This document shows, in pieces, positions 45,749-54,556 of a DNA stretch of 64,000 nucleotides. Position numbers and translations under genes: made by a program. Location of the stretch: NCBI GenBank assembly GCA_028707255.1, contig JAQTUQ010000004.1, forward strand, positions 4,239 to 68,238, in the 5' to 3' direction. Positions within the stretch are counted from its first letter, which is position 1. Each line of letters opens with the position of its first letter. Below the pieces are notes generated by a model, which was given only the letters and a program-made list of their open reading frames with translations, was not told where the DNA came from and did not search any database. This stretch comes from Dehalococcoidales bacterium (GTDB lineage: Bacteria; Chloroflexota; Dehalococcoidia; Dehalococcoidales; UBA5627).

Positions 45749-47863
45749 CTATCTACCCTTGGTCGTTTCTCGCTTCGGGGGGAACTTGACGGAAGAGATC
45801 TTCAGTCTTAAATCGCATTGCAGGCATCTGCCGGCTTCCTTAACCGCCGCATCCTCGCTGTAGTTGTGTTCTACCAGTACGAAGTTATCCAGTCTTTTAT
45901 CGGGTTGCAGACAGGGAAGTTTTTCTCTCGGTTGCATAACATAGTCTTTTTCATAACCTATGCAATCAGATGCTTCGATAAGAGGTGCAATCTGTTCGTC
46001 TATGATGCCTTTACCCCCAAGGTATTTATCTATGGCTATCGCCCCTTTTCTTCCGGCGGCAATGGATTCTATTATAGTTGCAGGACCGTGTACAGCATCG
46101 CCACCGCCAAAAATATTGTTTTTAATGGTTGTATTATCTTTTCTTACTGCAAGCCTGTTTCCTTGAACAGTATTGATATTAAAATCAGACGAAATATCAG
46201 TAGTCTGACCGATAGCGGCAATTATAGTGTCATAGGTTTCGGTAAACTCGCTGCCTTCCACAGGTACAGGGCGCTGTCTTCCAGAGGCATCGGTTTCACC
46301 CAATTTCATTCGGGTGCACTGGAGTTTAAGTGAATTGCCCTCTTTGTATATCCTGTTCGGCGCTGCAAGGTAGACGATATTTATGCCTTCTTCCAGACAG
46401 TCGTCAATCTCTTCTTCACTGGCAGGCATTTCCTTGAGGGTGCGGCGGTAAATCATATCTACTTTTTTGGCGCCAAGTCTTATTGCAGTTCGGGCGGCAT
46501 CTGTGGCGACATTGCCACCGCCTATAACAGCCACTCTATCTCCCGGTCTGACATTTTCATTTAGACATACGTCCCTCAGAAAAGTAATAGCATCTATAAC
46601 GCCTGGGGAATCTTCTCCATCTACTCCCATTTTCATTCCCTTATGGGCACCGATAGCCAGATAAACGGCATCATATCCCTGTATGTTTAAATTATCAATC
46701 GATTCGATTCTGGTATTGGTCTTGATCTCGAAACCGGATTTCTGGATTTCGGCGATTTCGGCATCCAGCACTGCTTTTGGTAACCTGTATTCGGGAATCC
46801 CTACTCTCAGCATTCCGCCTGTAACCGGCAGGGCTTCGAAAACGGTAACGCCGTGGCCCAGTTTAGATAAATAAAAAGCGACGGTCAGTCCAGCAGGCCC
46901 GGAACCTACTACGGCAACACGTTTGCCTGTCGGTGTCGCTTTTTTAATATCATCGCCCCAACTGGTATTATCGCTTTCGGCAGCGAATCTTTTTAATCCC
47001 TTAATAGAGATAGCCTCATTAACGTCTTTACGCCGGCACACATCTTCACAGGGATGATTGCAGGCATATCCCAGCGACATAGGGAACGGCACTTTCTCCC
47101 TGATCACCGCATGAGCTTCTTTATATTTACCTTCGGTAATAAACCTTATGTAACGGGGAACATCTATACCAGCGGGACAGGTACTGCGGCAGGAAACAAG
47201 GGCTGAATCCTTGTTTCCTTTTCTGATAAACCCGTCTTTATCGGTTAGAGCCCCGGTCGGGCAAACCTCTATACAGGCTCCACAGAAGCGGCAATCAGCT
47301 TCAGAGAGCGGTTTATCGAAAGCAGTTCCGACATAAGTGTCTTTTCCTCTATTTATAAAGGAGAGAATACCGACACCTCGAAGCTCATAGCAGGCTCTGA
47401 CGCAGCGTCCGCAGAGGATGCACTTGCTCATGTCGTGATTGAAAAGGGGATTTTCGGTATTTAACGGCTTTTCATTTATACTTTTTTTCAATCGCTTCTG
47501 GTCTACGCCTATATACTGTGCCACTGCCTGGAGTTCGCAGTTGAGGTTTTGCGAACAGACAAGGCAGTCATCAGGATGGGCGGCAAGAATTAATTCCATA
47601 GCCATTCGCCGCACCTGTTCGATAGACGAGGTGTTCGTTTTAACAACCATTCCCTCTTTAGCCACGGTAGTACAGGATGTTGGCAAACCGCGCAGCCCTT
47701 CAACATGCACAATACATAATCTGCACCCTCCAAAGGGGCTTAAGTCAGGGTGGTAGCAGAGGGTGGGGATATAGATACCGGCATCCAGCGCCGCTTCAAG
47801 TACGGTCTTTCCTGTTTCGGTCTTTACGTCTTTTCCGTTTATATTTAAGGTGATTGTATTCAC
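45749..47863 (-). CDS. Fusion of NuoG-type N-terminal Fe-S domains with a GltD/NfnB-like NAD(P)H flavin oxidoreductase
   Basis: 704 aa. 2Fe-2S region CYHPDLSPFGGCRLCIV, 4Fe-4S motifs CILCGRCVRAC and CRFCGACIEVCP, then GltD-like VAVVGSGPAGL and VIGGGNVATDAA dinucleotide folds. 4-nt overlap with the upstream gene. Confidence 0.75.
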   Translation of the reverse strand: MNTITLNINGKDVKTETGKTVLEAALDAGIYIPTLCYHPDLSPFGGCRLCIVHVEGLRGLPTSCTTVAKEGMVVKTNTSSIEQVRRMAMELILAAHPDDCLVCSQNLNCELQAVAQYIGVDQKRLKKSINEKPLNTENPLFNHDMSKCILCGRCVRACYELRGVGILSFINRGKDTYVGTAFDKPLSEADCRFCGACIEVCPTGALTDKDGFIRKGNKDSALVSCRSTCPAGIDVPRYIRFITEGKYKEAHAVIREKVPFPMSLGYACNHPCEDVCRRKDVNEAISIKGLKRFAAESDNTSWGDDIKKATPTGKRVAVVGSGPAGLTVAFYLSKLGHGVTVFEALPVTGGMLRVGIPEYRLPKAVLDAEIAEIQKSGFEIKTNTRIESIDNLNIQGYDAVYLAIGAHKGMKMGVDGEDSPGVIDAITFLRDVCLNENVRPGDRVAVIGGGNVATDAARTAIRLGAKKVDMIYRRTLKEMPASEEEIDDCLEEGINIVYLAAPNRIYKEGNSLKLQCTRMKLGETDASGRQRPVPVEGSEFTETYDTIIAAIGQTTDISSDFNINTVQGNRLAVRKDNTTIKNNIFGGGDAVHGPATIIESIAAGRKGAIAIDKYLGGKGIIDEQIAPLIEASDCIGYEKDYVMQPREKLPCLQPDKRLDNFVLVEHNYSEDAAVKEAGRCLQCDLRLKISSVKFPPKRETTKGR

Positions 47864-49737
47864 AGTTTTTCCTCGGATTCAGAATTTTGCCAGCTGCCAA
47901 CCGGAATCAGTCCTTCCGGGGTTTGCGGTCTTTCTCCGCTGACTTTAATAACGGCGTCGAAACGTACCGGGCATACATCAAGGCAGTTACCGCACTTGAT
48001 GCATTTATTCTGGTCTATGATATGTATCATACGCTTGTCACCGAGAATGGCGTCAGCCGGGCAACCCCTCTTGCATATTCCGCACCCCTGGCATTTATCG
48101 GGCAGAATGTAGAAGTTAATCAAACTCTTGCAGGATGCCGCCGGGCAACGCTTCTCTTTTATATGCGCTTCATATTCATCTCTGAAATACCTGATAGTGG
48201 TAAGAACGGGATTGGGAGCGGTTCCCCCGAGAGCGCACAGCGAACCGGCCTGAATCGATTTTGCCAGTTCCAAAAGCAGGTCGATATCTTCTTCTTTGCC
48301 CTTGCCTTCCGTAATGTCATCCAGTATCTTTAGCATCTGAAGCGTTCCTTCTCGGCACATAACACACTTGCCGCAGGATTCCGCCTGTGTAAACGACAAA
48401 AAATATTTGGCAAGGTCAACCATGCATGTTTGCGAATCGACGACTATCATTCCACCGGAACCCATAATGGCGCCGGCAGCCGCCAGCCTTTCATAATCTA
48501 CCGGTAAATCGAGTGCGCTTGCCGGTAAACAGCCTCCGGAAGGCCCTCCGTTTTGAACTGCCTTAAAATCCTTTCCGCCGATTAGTCCGCCGCCGATATC
48601 ATAAATTATCTCGCGCAGTGTAATCCCCATCGGTACTTCAACCAATCCGCTGTTGGCAATCTTGCCGGTTAAAGCGAAAACGGCAGTTCCCTTGCTTTTT
48701 TCGGTGCCGATTTTGTTATACCAGTCGGCGCCCTTGCTTATAATAACCGGCACTGAAGCCAGTGATTTAACGTTATTAATGGTTGATGGCTTACCCCATA
48801 AGCCGGATTGAGCCGGGAAGGGGGGGCGGGAGCGGGGCATGCCGCGTTTGCCTTCGATGGATGCCATCAGTGCGGTTTCTTCACCGCAGACAAAGGCTCC
48901 GGCACCTTCGTTTACATGTATTGTAAAATTAAAACCGGTGCCGAGGATATTGTTACCGAGGAAGCCTTTTTCCTCTGCTTGTTTTAAAGCGGTTCTTAAT
49001 CTATTGACAGCCAGTGGATATTCGGCGCGGATGTAGATATATCCTTCGCTTGCCCCGATGGCATAGGCGGCGATGGTCATTCCTTCGATAACCGTATGCG
49101 GGTCGGCTTCCATAATGCTTCTATCCATAAATGCGCCGGGGTCGCCCTCGTCGGCATTACAAATCATATATTTAATATCGCTCTGTTCTTTATAACAGAG
49201 TTCCCACTTCATACCGGTTGAAAAACCGGCTCCGCCTCTGCCGCGCAGTCCTGACTTCTTTATCTCTTCGATAACTTGAATGGGATTCATTTCACTTAAG
49301 ACTTTTTTCAGCGCATTATAACCATTGCGGTTAATATAATCATTAATTCTTTCAGGATTGATATGTCCGCAGTTACGCAGTATGATGCGCTGTTGCCTGT
49401 GGTAGAAATTGATATCTTTATATAAAGGAATTGCCTGTCCGCTGACCGGGTCTTTAAAGAATAACCTCTCGACTGGTTTACCGTCTTTAAGATGGGATTG
49501 AATGATTTCAGCGACATCTTCAACCGTCAAACGGGTGTAGAAAATTCCTTCCGGTTCGACGATGGCAATCGGACCCTGCTCACAAAAGCCGTGGCATCCC
49601 GTAAAATCTACTTTCACATTACTTAAACCCAGTTCTGCCGTCTTTTGCTCAAGAGCCTGTCGTATTTCATGTGATTTGCCGGAGACACAACCGGTACCTT
49701 CGCATATAAATATCGTATATTTAATATTATCTGGCAT
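47860..49737 (-). CDS. NuoF/HydB-like NADH-binding FMN Fe-S subunit
   Basis: 625 aa. N-terminal thioredoxin-like 2Fe-2S region, GRGGAGFSTGMKW and ESCGKCVMCREG motifs, C-terminal 2x[4Fe-4S] (CQGCGICKRGCP, CIKCGNCLDVCP). Confidence 0.88.
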   Translation of the reverse strand: MPDNIKYTIFICEGTGCVSGKSHEIRQALEQKTAELGLSNVKVDFTGCHGFCEQGPIAIVEPEGIFYTRLTVEDVAEIIQSHLKDGKPVERLFFKDPVSGQAIPLYKDINFYHRQQRIILRNCGHINPERINDYINRNGYNALKKVLSEMNPIQVIEEIKKSGLRGRGGAGFSTGMKWELCYKEQSDIKYMICNADEGDPGAFMDRSIMEADPHTVIEGMTIAAYAIGASEGYIYIRAEYPLAVNRLRTALKQAEEKGFLGNNILGTGFNFTIHVNEGAGAFVCGEETALMASIEGKRGMPRSRPPFPAQSGLWGKPSTINNVKSLASVPVIISKGADWYNKIGTEKSKGTAVFALTGKIANSGLVEVPMGITLREIIYDIGGGLIGGKDFKAVQNGGPSGGCLPASALDLPVDYERLAAAGAIMGSGGMIVVDSQTCMVDLAKYFLSFTQAESCGKCVMCREGTLQMLKILDDITEGKGKEEDIDLLLELAKSIQAGSLCALGGTAPNPVLTTIRYFRDEYEAHIKEKRCPAASCKSLINFYILPDKCQGCGICKRGCPADAILGDKRMIHIIDQNKCIKCGNCLDVCPVRFDAVIKVSGERPQTPEGLIPVGSWQNSESEEKL

Positions 49738-50197
49738 CGTTTGCCGCCTTATTCTTCGAGTTTAATAAATCGGTTACTTTTTGGGGAGTCATATTGCGCT
49801 TGACTTCATTATCGATGACCATTGTCGGGGCAAGGGCGCAGGCTCCGATGCAGGCGACTGTTTCCAGAGTGTATTTACCGTTTGCCGTAGTTTGTCCCGG
49901 TTTGATTTTCAATTCACGCTCGACAGTTTCCAATACCCTGCCTCCGCCGCGCACGTGGCAGGCGGTACCCTGACAGACCTTAATAGTATGTTCACCGGGC
50001 TTTATAAAACGGAATTGGGAATAAAAGCTGGCAACGCTGAAAATATCGTTTTCCGATATTCCCAGATAGTTACTTATTTCCGAAATCGATACCGCGGAAA
50101 GATATTTTTCTTTTTCCTGTACCTCCTGTAGTATCGGAATCAGATTCTTCCTGTCATCTGTGTACTTATTTAAAAGATCGTTAATACTGGTAGCCAT
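49727..50197 (-). CDS. NuoE/HydC-like 2Fe-2S subunit
   Basis: 156 aa. CQGTACHVRGG...CIGACALAP thioredoxin-like 2Fe-2S motif. 11-nt overlap with the NuoF-like gene. Confidence 0.88.
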   Translation of the reverse strand: MATSINDLLNKYTDDRKNLIPILQEVQEKEKYLSAVSISEISNYLGISENDIFSVASFYSQFRFIKPGEHTIKVCQGTACHVRGGGRVLETVERELKIKPGQTTANGKYTLETVACIGACALAPTMVIDNEVKRNMTPQKVTDLLNSKNKAANDAR

Positions 50198-50250
50198 TAA
50201 AGCTCCTCGATAGTTTTTAATCTGCTTTTCGCCTTATAAAGAACTATGAA

Positions 50251-50280
50251 ATTATAACCTAAAGATTAACATTAATACAA
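50251..50280 (-). promoter_or_regulatory. Promoter candidate for the NuoE/F/GltD-fusion operon
   Basis: Minus strand reads TTGTAT, 18 nt spacer, TATAAT, located between the gdhA terminator and the nuoE-like start. Confidence 0.4.
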
Positions 50281-50308
50281 AAGAAGTACCTATTATAATG
50301 TTCAGCAT

Positions 50309-50347
50309 AAAAAAATCTATCCATCCTGTATGGGCAGGATGGATAGA
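50309..50347 (-). terminator. Rho-independent terminator of gdhA
   Basis: Perfect 13-bp stem TCTATCCATCCTG / CAGGATGGATAGA with a 6-nt loop, followed on the minus strand by a T7 run. Confidence 0.8.
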
Positions 50348-50387
50348 ACAATTATATCGATATATTGAAAATCAGCTTGTAATTTAG

Positions 50388-51644
50388 CTATATCCATCCT
50401 CTGAGCTTCATCGCCTCAACCACGCGCTCGACTGCCCTGACATAAGCTGCCTGGCGCATATTGATCTTATATTCCTTACTGGTTTCCAGTACGGAATGAT
50501 AGGCGGCAGTCATCTTTTTATCCAGTTTTTCTCGTACTTCGGCTTCGTCCCAAGTATACATGTAGAAGTTCTGTACCATTTCGAAGTATGAAACGGTTAC
50601 GCCGCCGGCATTGCACAGGAAATCGGGGATGACATGAACTCCGTTCTTGTACAGGATATCGTCGGCTTCGGGGGTGGTGGGGCCGTTGGAGAGTTCGGCA
50701 ACAATCTTAGCCTTGATTTTTCCGGCATTTTTATCGGTAATGCAGTTCTCTACGGCAGCCGGAATAAGAATATCTACGTCGAGCTCCAAAAGCTCTTCAT
50801 TGGATATCTGTTTCATACCGGGTAAATTACATACGGAGCTGGTTTGATTCTTGCAGGAATAGGCTTCGGACGGGTCAATGCCTGCGTTGGGGCCGGTGCA
50901 GCAGACGCCGCCTTTGCTATCGCATACGGCTACTATTTGTGAACCGAAGAGTTCCTTGCATAACCGGGCTGCATGGTAGCCGGCATTTCCATAACCCTGT
51001 ATGGCGACGGTGGCTTTAGAAAGGTCAATACTTAATGCTTTGGCCGCTTCACGGATGGTTATCATTCCTCCTCTGGCCGTGGCATCGCCTCGTCCTGGTG
51101 AGCCTCCTAATGGTAACGGTTTGCCGGTAATCACGCCGAATTGTGATTTTCCTGCAATAGTGGAGTATTCGTCCATCATCCATGCCATAATTTGAGGGGT
51201 GGTGTATACATCGGGCGCCGGTACGTCTCTTTCAGGCCCGACGAATTGATAGATGGCGCGTATATATGTGCGGCTTAAGCGCTCTAGCTCGGAGGTTGAT
51301 AATTCCTTTGGGTTGCAGATAATACCGCCCTTGCCTCCGCCCAGTGGCAGGTCTAATAGAGCGGTCTTCCACGTCATCCATGAAGAAAGCGCCCTGACCG
51401 TATCGATGGTTTCATCCGGATGAAACCGGATACCGCCTTTAGCAGGCCCTCTGGCGTCATTATACTGAACCCGGAAACCCTGAAATATTCTGACCGACCC
51501 GTCATCCATTTTAACAGGCAGTGACACATGAAGCTCCCTCATCGGGGTCTTGAGCATTGTCGTTACGCTGGGTGACAATTTTAGAATCTTGGCGCAGGCG
51601 TCTATCTGCTGCCTGGCTACTTCGAACGGGTTGATACCTGACAT
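50388..51644 (-). CDS. gdhA: Glutamate dehydrogenase
   Basis: 418 aa. [11 protein letters not shown] and PLGGGKGGI motifs of Glu/Leu/Phe/Val dehydrogenases. Confidence 0.93.
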   Translation of the reverse strand: MSGINPFEVARQQIDACAKILKLSPSVTTMLKTPMRELHVSLPVKMDDGSVRIFQGFRVQYNDARGPAKGGIRFHPDETIDTVRALSSWMTWKTALLDLPLGGGKGGIICNPKELSTSELERLSRTYIRAIYQFVGPERDVPAPDVYTTPQIMAWMMDEYSTIAGKSQFGVITGKPLPLGGSPGRGDATARGGMITIREAAKALSIDLSKATVAIQGYGNAGYHAARLCKELFGSQIVAVCDSKGGVCCTGPNAGIDPSEAYSCKNQTSSVCNLPGMKQISNEELLELDVDILIPAAVENCITDKNAGKIKAKIVAELSNGPTTPEADDILYKNGVHVIPDFLCNAGGVTVSYFEMVQNFYMYTWDEAEVREKLDKKMTAAYHSVLETSKEYKINMRQAAYVRAVERVVEAMKLRGWI

Positions 51645-51712
51645 GTTTTTCCCTCTCCTTTAAAAACATACAAATTTATTAACCAAAAGTGTGGTTATAC
51701 ACTTTTTAAACT

Positions 51713-52708
51713 CTATATAGTTGAAAAATCGATCAGTGTTTTATAGTCAACTACGGTGCTCATGGCGTGGCTTTCGCTGTTGATTCCTGCTTCCACCGCT
51801 GAAGCTACCGGGTTTAATCCACCGATTAAAACTACACCCACCCGGTTCAAGTCTATCGGGGTCTCGCAAACCGTCTCGCTGACATTTCCGAGCAGGAAAA
51901 TTCCGCCCAACCCGGCCTTTTCCAGTTTGGCGGATACTTCTTCGGCCAGTGGTCGGCAAATCGAAGGTATTTCCCGGTAATTAGCCAGGATTTCCCCGTT
52001 GCCGTCTAAAGCTACCCTTGAAACAGACGTCATTTTAGCCCTGATGAATATTTCAGAGGGGTCGAGGGAACTTCCTTCATAGTGAATCAGTTCGACGAAA
52101 CGTAAAGGGGTATGGTTTCGGATCTGTAAAATCCCGCCGAATTTGGAGTCTATCGGTACGCCTGCTTTCAGCAGAGAGCCGTTGACGGCGATACTGCATA
52201 CGGTTGCCAGCGCTGTTTTACCTTCGGCAACAGAGTAATCTCCGATAGATTCGCCTTCGTTGGCGACGGTAACCAGCTTGCTGAGGCAATAGACCGATTG
52301 AAATACCGGCTCCATGATTTTAAGGGCTTTATTGAAATCTTCTTTACGGAAGACGGAAATGTTTACGGGGATAAGACCGGAGCGTTTATCGAGGTCGAAA
52401 TTGGTGCGAAAAGCGAGGGTTTCAATCCTGGTGAGTGCGGAACCGACTTTATGTGTAACCATGGCTTTTTTGAGTTCGGATTGTCCGAGTTCTGTGATTA
52501 CCCGGCCGTCGCGTCTGCCGGCAAGACTGGTGAGACCTCTTTCATCCATTAACCTCAGGTGGTATCTGACAGCTCTTTCACTGAGTTCAATTCCCATGTC
52601 CTTTAATCTTTTGGCGATTACGGTAGAACCTACAGCGGTAGGGGAATCTTTTAAAGCATTGAGAATTGCTAATAACTTGCGTTCCACATCCTGGGTTTCA
52701 AACCCCAT
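51713..52708 (-). CDS. nrpR: NrpR-type nitrogen regulatory repressor (winged HTH + one DUF128 domain)
   Basis: 331 aa. N-terminal KLLAILNALKDSPTAVGSTVIAKRLKDMGIELSERAVRYHLRLMDERGLT closely follows the methanogen NrpR wHTH pattern. The remainder is DUF128-sized. Confidence 0.8.
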   Translation of the reverse strand: MGFETQDVERKLLAILNALKDSPTAVGSTVIAKRLKDMGIELSERAVRYHLRLMDERGLTSLAGRRDGRVITELGQSELKKAMVTHKVGSALTRIETLAFRTNFDLDKRSGLIPVNISVFRKEDFNKALKIMEPVFQSVYCLSKLVTVANEGESIGDYSVAEGKTALATVCSIAVNGSLLKAGVPIDSKFGGILQIRNHTPLRFVELIHYEGSSLDPSEIFIRAKMTSVSRVALDGNGEILANYREIPSICRPLAEEVSAKLEKAGLGGIFLLGNVSETVCETPIDLNRVGVVLIGGLNPVASAVEAGINSESHAMSTVVDYKTLIDFSTI

Positions 52709-52760
52709 AAAAACCTCCGGCAGATGGCAACCATATGCCGAGTATTATAGGCAAAACAAA

Positions 52761-52812
52761 ACCTACTGTCAAACATTCCGTATTGGTAACCACGAAGTTT
52801 TCGACAGTAGGT
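52761..52812 (-). terminator. Large-loop hairpin plus T-tract downstream of the GltB-like gene (possible terminator or operator upstream of nrpR)
   Basis: 10-bp arms ACCTACTGTC / GACAGTAGGT separated by 32 nt, followed on the minus strand by TTTGTTTTG. Confidence 0.35.
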
Positions 52813-52862
52813 AGGTATATTTAATTAAGGGTATCAGTCGATATAATAATAGGTTATTTTAT

Positions 52863-54539
52863 CTATTCATAAGTTCTGAAGCGGCGGGAAGTCCCTGCAT
52901 AATTTGATAAAGAACCAAGCGATTCCAATTCCTTATGTCCGTTATTGCGTCCCTCCAGAATATCTATTGCTTCTTCCCTGTAAGCATCCATCAGATATGG
53001 TATCCCGGTTACTTTGGCGCATTCTTCTGTCAGCGACATCAGCTCTTTACGGCTGATTGCCGGCAAGCTGAAGCAGCGTGCGCCGGCCATAATCTGCTGC
53101 AAACCGACTCTTAATTTCTCGCTGTAACTGTAAATACCGATGGCTCCCAGCGGGATATTCTTAATTTCAGCTGCGCCGACAATGTCTTTTACTTCTTCGT
53201 AGCAGACGAAAATCTCTTCAGGGTTCGAACCGTACTGGCTAACGGTATTAGGCAGCTTGTTTTCTTTAATCCACTGGTCTATATTCTTTCCAACCATACC
53301 CGGTATCATCAACGCTCTTCCCATGCAGACCGCCTTGGTAAAGGGAGCACCCAGCGCTAGTGCCTTGAAAATGCCGTCTTCGCTGGAGAATCCGCCGGCA
53401 AAGGCAATATCTGGGACTCTTTCTCCCCTGTAAGCCAGACGCTTGCAGAAGTCGTAGGCAGCTGCATGCAGGTAGAGGCTGGGCATGCCCCATTCTTCCA
53501 TCATTCGCCAGGGGCTCATACCGGTACCACCGCCGGAACCGTCGATTGTCAATAGGTCGATTTTTGCCTTTGAACTCCATTTGATAGCCATTGCCAGTTC
53601 GCGCAAGCCGTAGGCTCCGGTCTTTAAGGTTATACGCTGAAAACCGAGATCCCGTAGTCTTTGAACCTCGGCATAGAAGCCTTCTTCATCGATAAAACCG
53701 AGGCGGCTGTGACGCTCGAATTCTTTTAAGGAACCGTCCTGAAAACTGGCCTGATTGATGGGATGCGACGGGTCGGGTGTTACGATGTAGCCGCGTCTCT
53801 GCAATTCCAGGGCGCGTTCAAGGCTGTTTACTTTAATCTCACCGCCGATACACTTGGCGCCCTGTCCCCATTTAAGCTCAATGGTATCCAGTCCGTGTTT
53901 TTTACTGACATATTCGGCGACACCCAGGCGGGTATCTTCTACGTTCATCTGGACCAGTATTTCACCGTAACCGCCGTAATATCGCCGGTAAATCTCTATA
54001 CGCCTGTCCATATCCGGAGCGGAGACTATCTTTCCGTTACTGTCCAGTTCCAGTTTTGGGTCGATACCGCAAACATTTTCTCCGCAAACGAGGGTGATAC
54101 CGCTGATTGCTGCGCCGACCGCAAAGTGTTCCCAGTTTTTACGCGCAATTTCGGTGGAGCCGAGAGCGCCGGTAAAAACCGGCAGGCGCATTTTAACTTT
54201 TTTGTCCCAGCCGTATTCGGTTTCGGTTTTTACTGCCGGAAAGACAGCGGAATCGGAGTCTCCTGCAACATTATCCGGTAAACCCTTTGCTCCGAAGGCA
54301 TAACCCTGGATGTTAAGATGCGAATAATCGACCGGATAATTCTTGTCTCCGCCGGCTGTGATATCGCCGAAGGGTCCTGGATATATCAATTCCCTGCTGC
54401 GAAAGGTTGCTTTAAATACCTCGCAGTTACCGGTACACCCGTCGACACATCTCGAACACAGGCCGCTGGATGGTACGACACTCTTCGAACGGTTGACGCT
54501 TTTCGTGGCGTCATTGGCATTTGGTTGCTGTAGATTCAT
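52863..54539 (-). CDS. Glutamate synthase domain-2-like FMN/Fe-S protein (GltB FMN-binding family) with N-terminal Cys cluster
   Basis: 558 aa. CSRCVDGCTGNC at the N-terminus, and KWGQGAKCIGGEIK and IDGSGGGTG motifs of the GltB FMN domain family. No amidotransferase domain. Confidence 0.8.
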   Translation of the reverse strand: MNLQQPNANDATKSVNRSKSVVPSSGLCSRCVDGCTGNCEVFKATFRSRELIYPGPFGDITAGGDKNYPVDYSHLNIQGYAFGAKGLPDNVAGDSDSAVFPAVKTETEYGWDKKVKMRLPVFTGALGSTEIARKNWEHFAVGAAISGITLVCGENVCGIDPKLELDSNGKIVSAPDMDRRIEIYRRYYGGYGEILVQMNVEDTRLGVAEYVSKKHGLDTIELKWGQGAKCIGGEIKVNSLERALELQRRGYIVTPDPSHPINQASFQDGSLKEFERHSRLGFIDEEGFYAEVQRLRDLGFQRITLKTGAYGLRELAMAIKWSSKAKIDLLTIDGSGGGTGMSPWRMMEEWGMPSLYLHAAAYDFCKRLAYRGERVPDIAFAGGFSSEDGIFKALALGAPFTKAVCMGRALMIPGMVGKNIDQWIKENKLPNTVSQYGSNPEEIFVCYEEVKDIVGAAEIKNIPLGAIGIYSYSEKLRVGLQQIMAGARCFSLPAISRKELMSLTEECAKVTGIPYLMDAYREEAIDILEGRNNGHKELESLGSLSNYAGTSRRFRTYE

Positions 54540-54556
54540 ATTTCCCCTCTCAGTTA

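Noticed and set aside
51645-52862. Canonical NrpR operator GGAA-N6-TTCC near gdhA and nrpR
   Set aside because: I scanned the flanking spacers by eye and found no match. Only unrelated palindromes are present.
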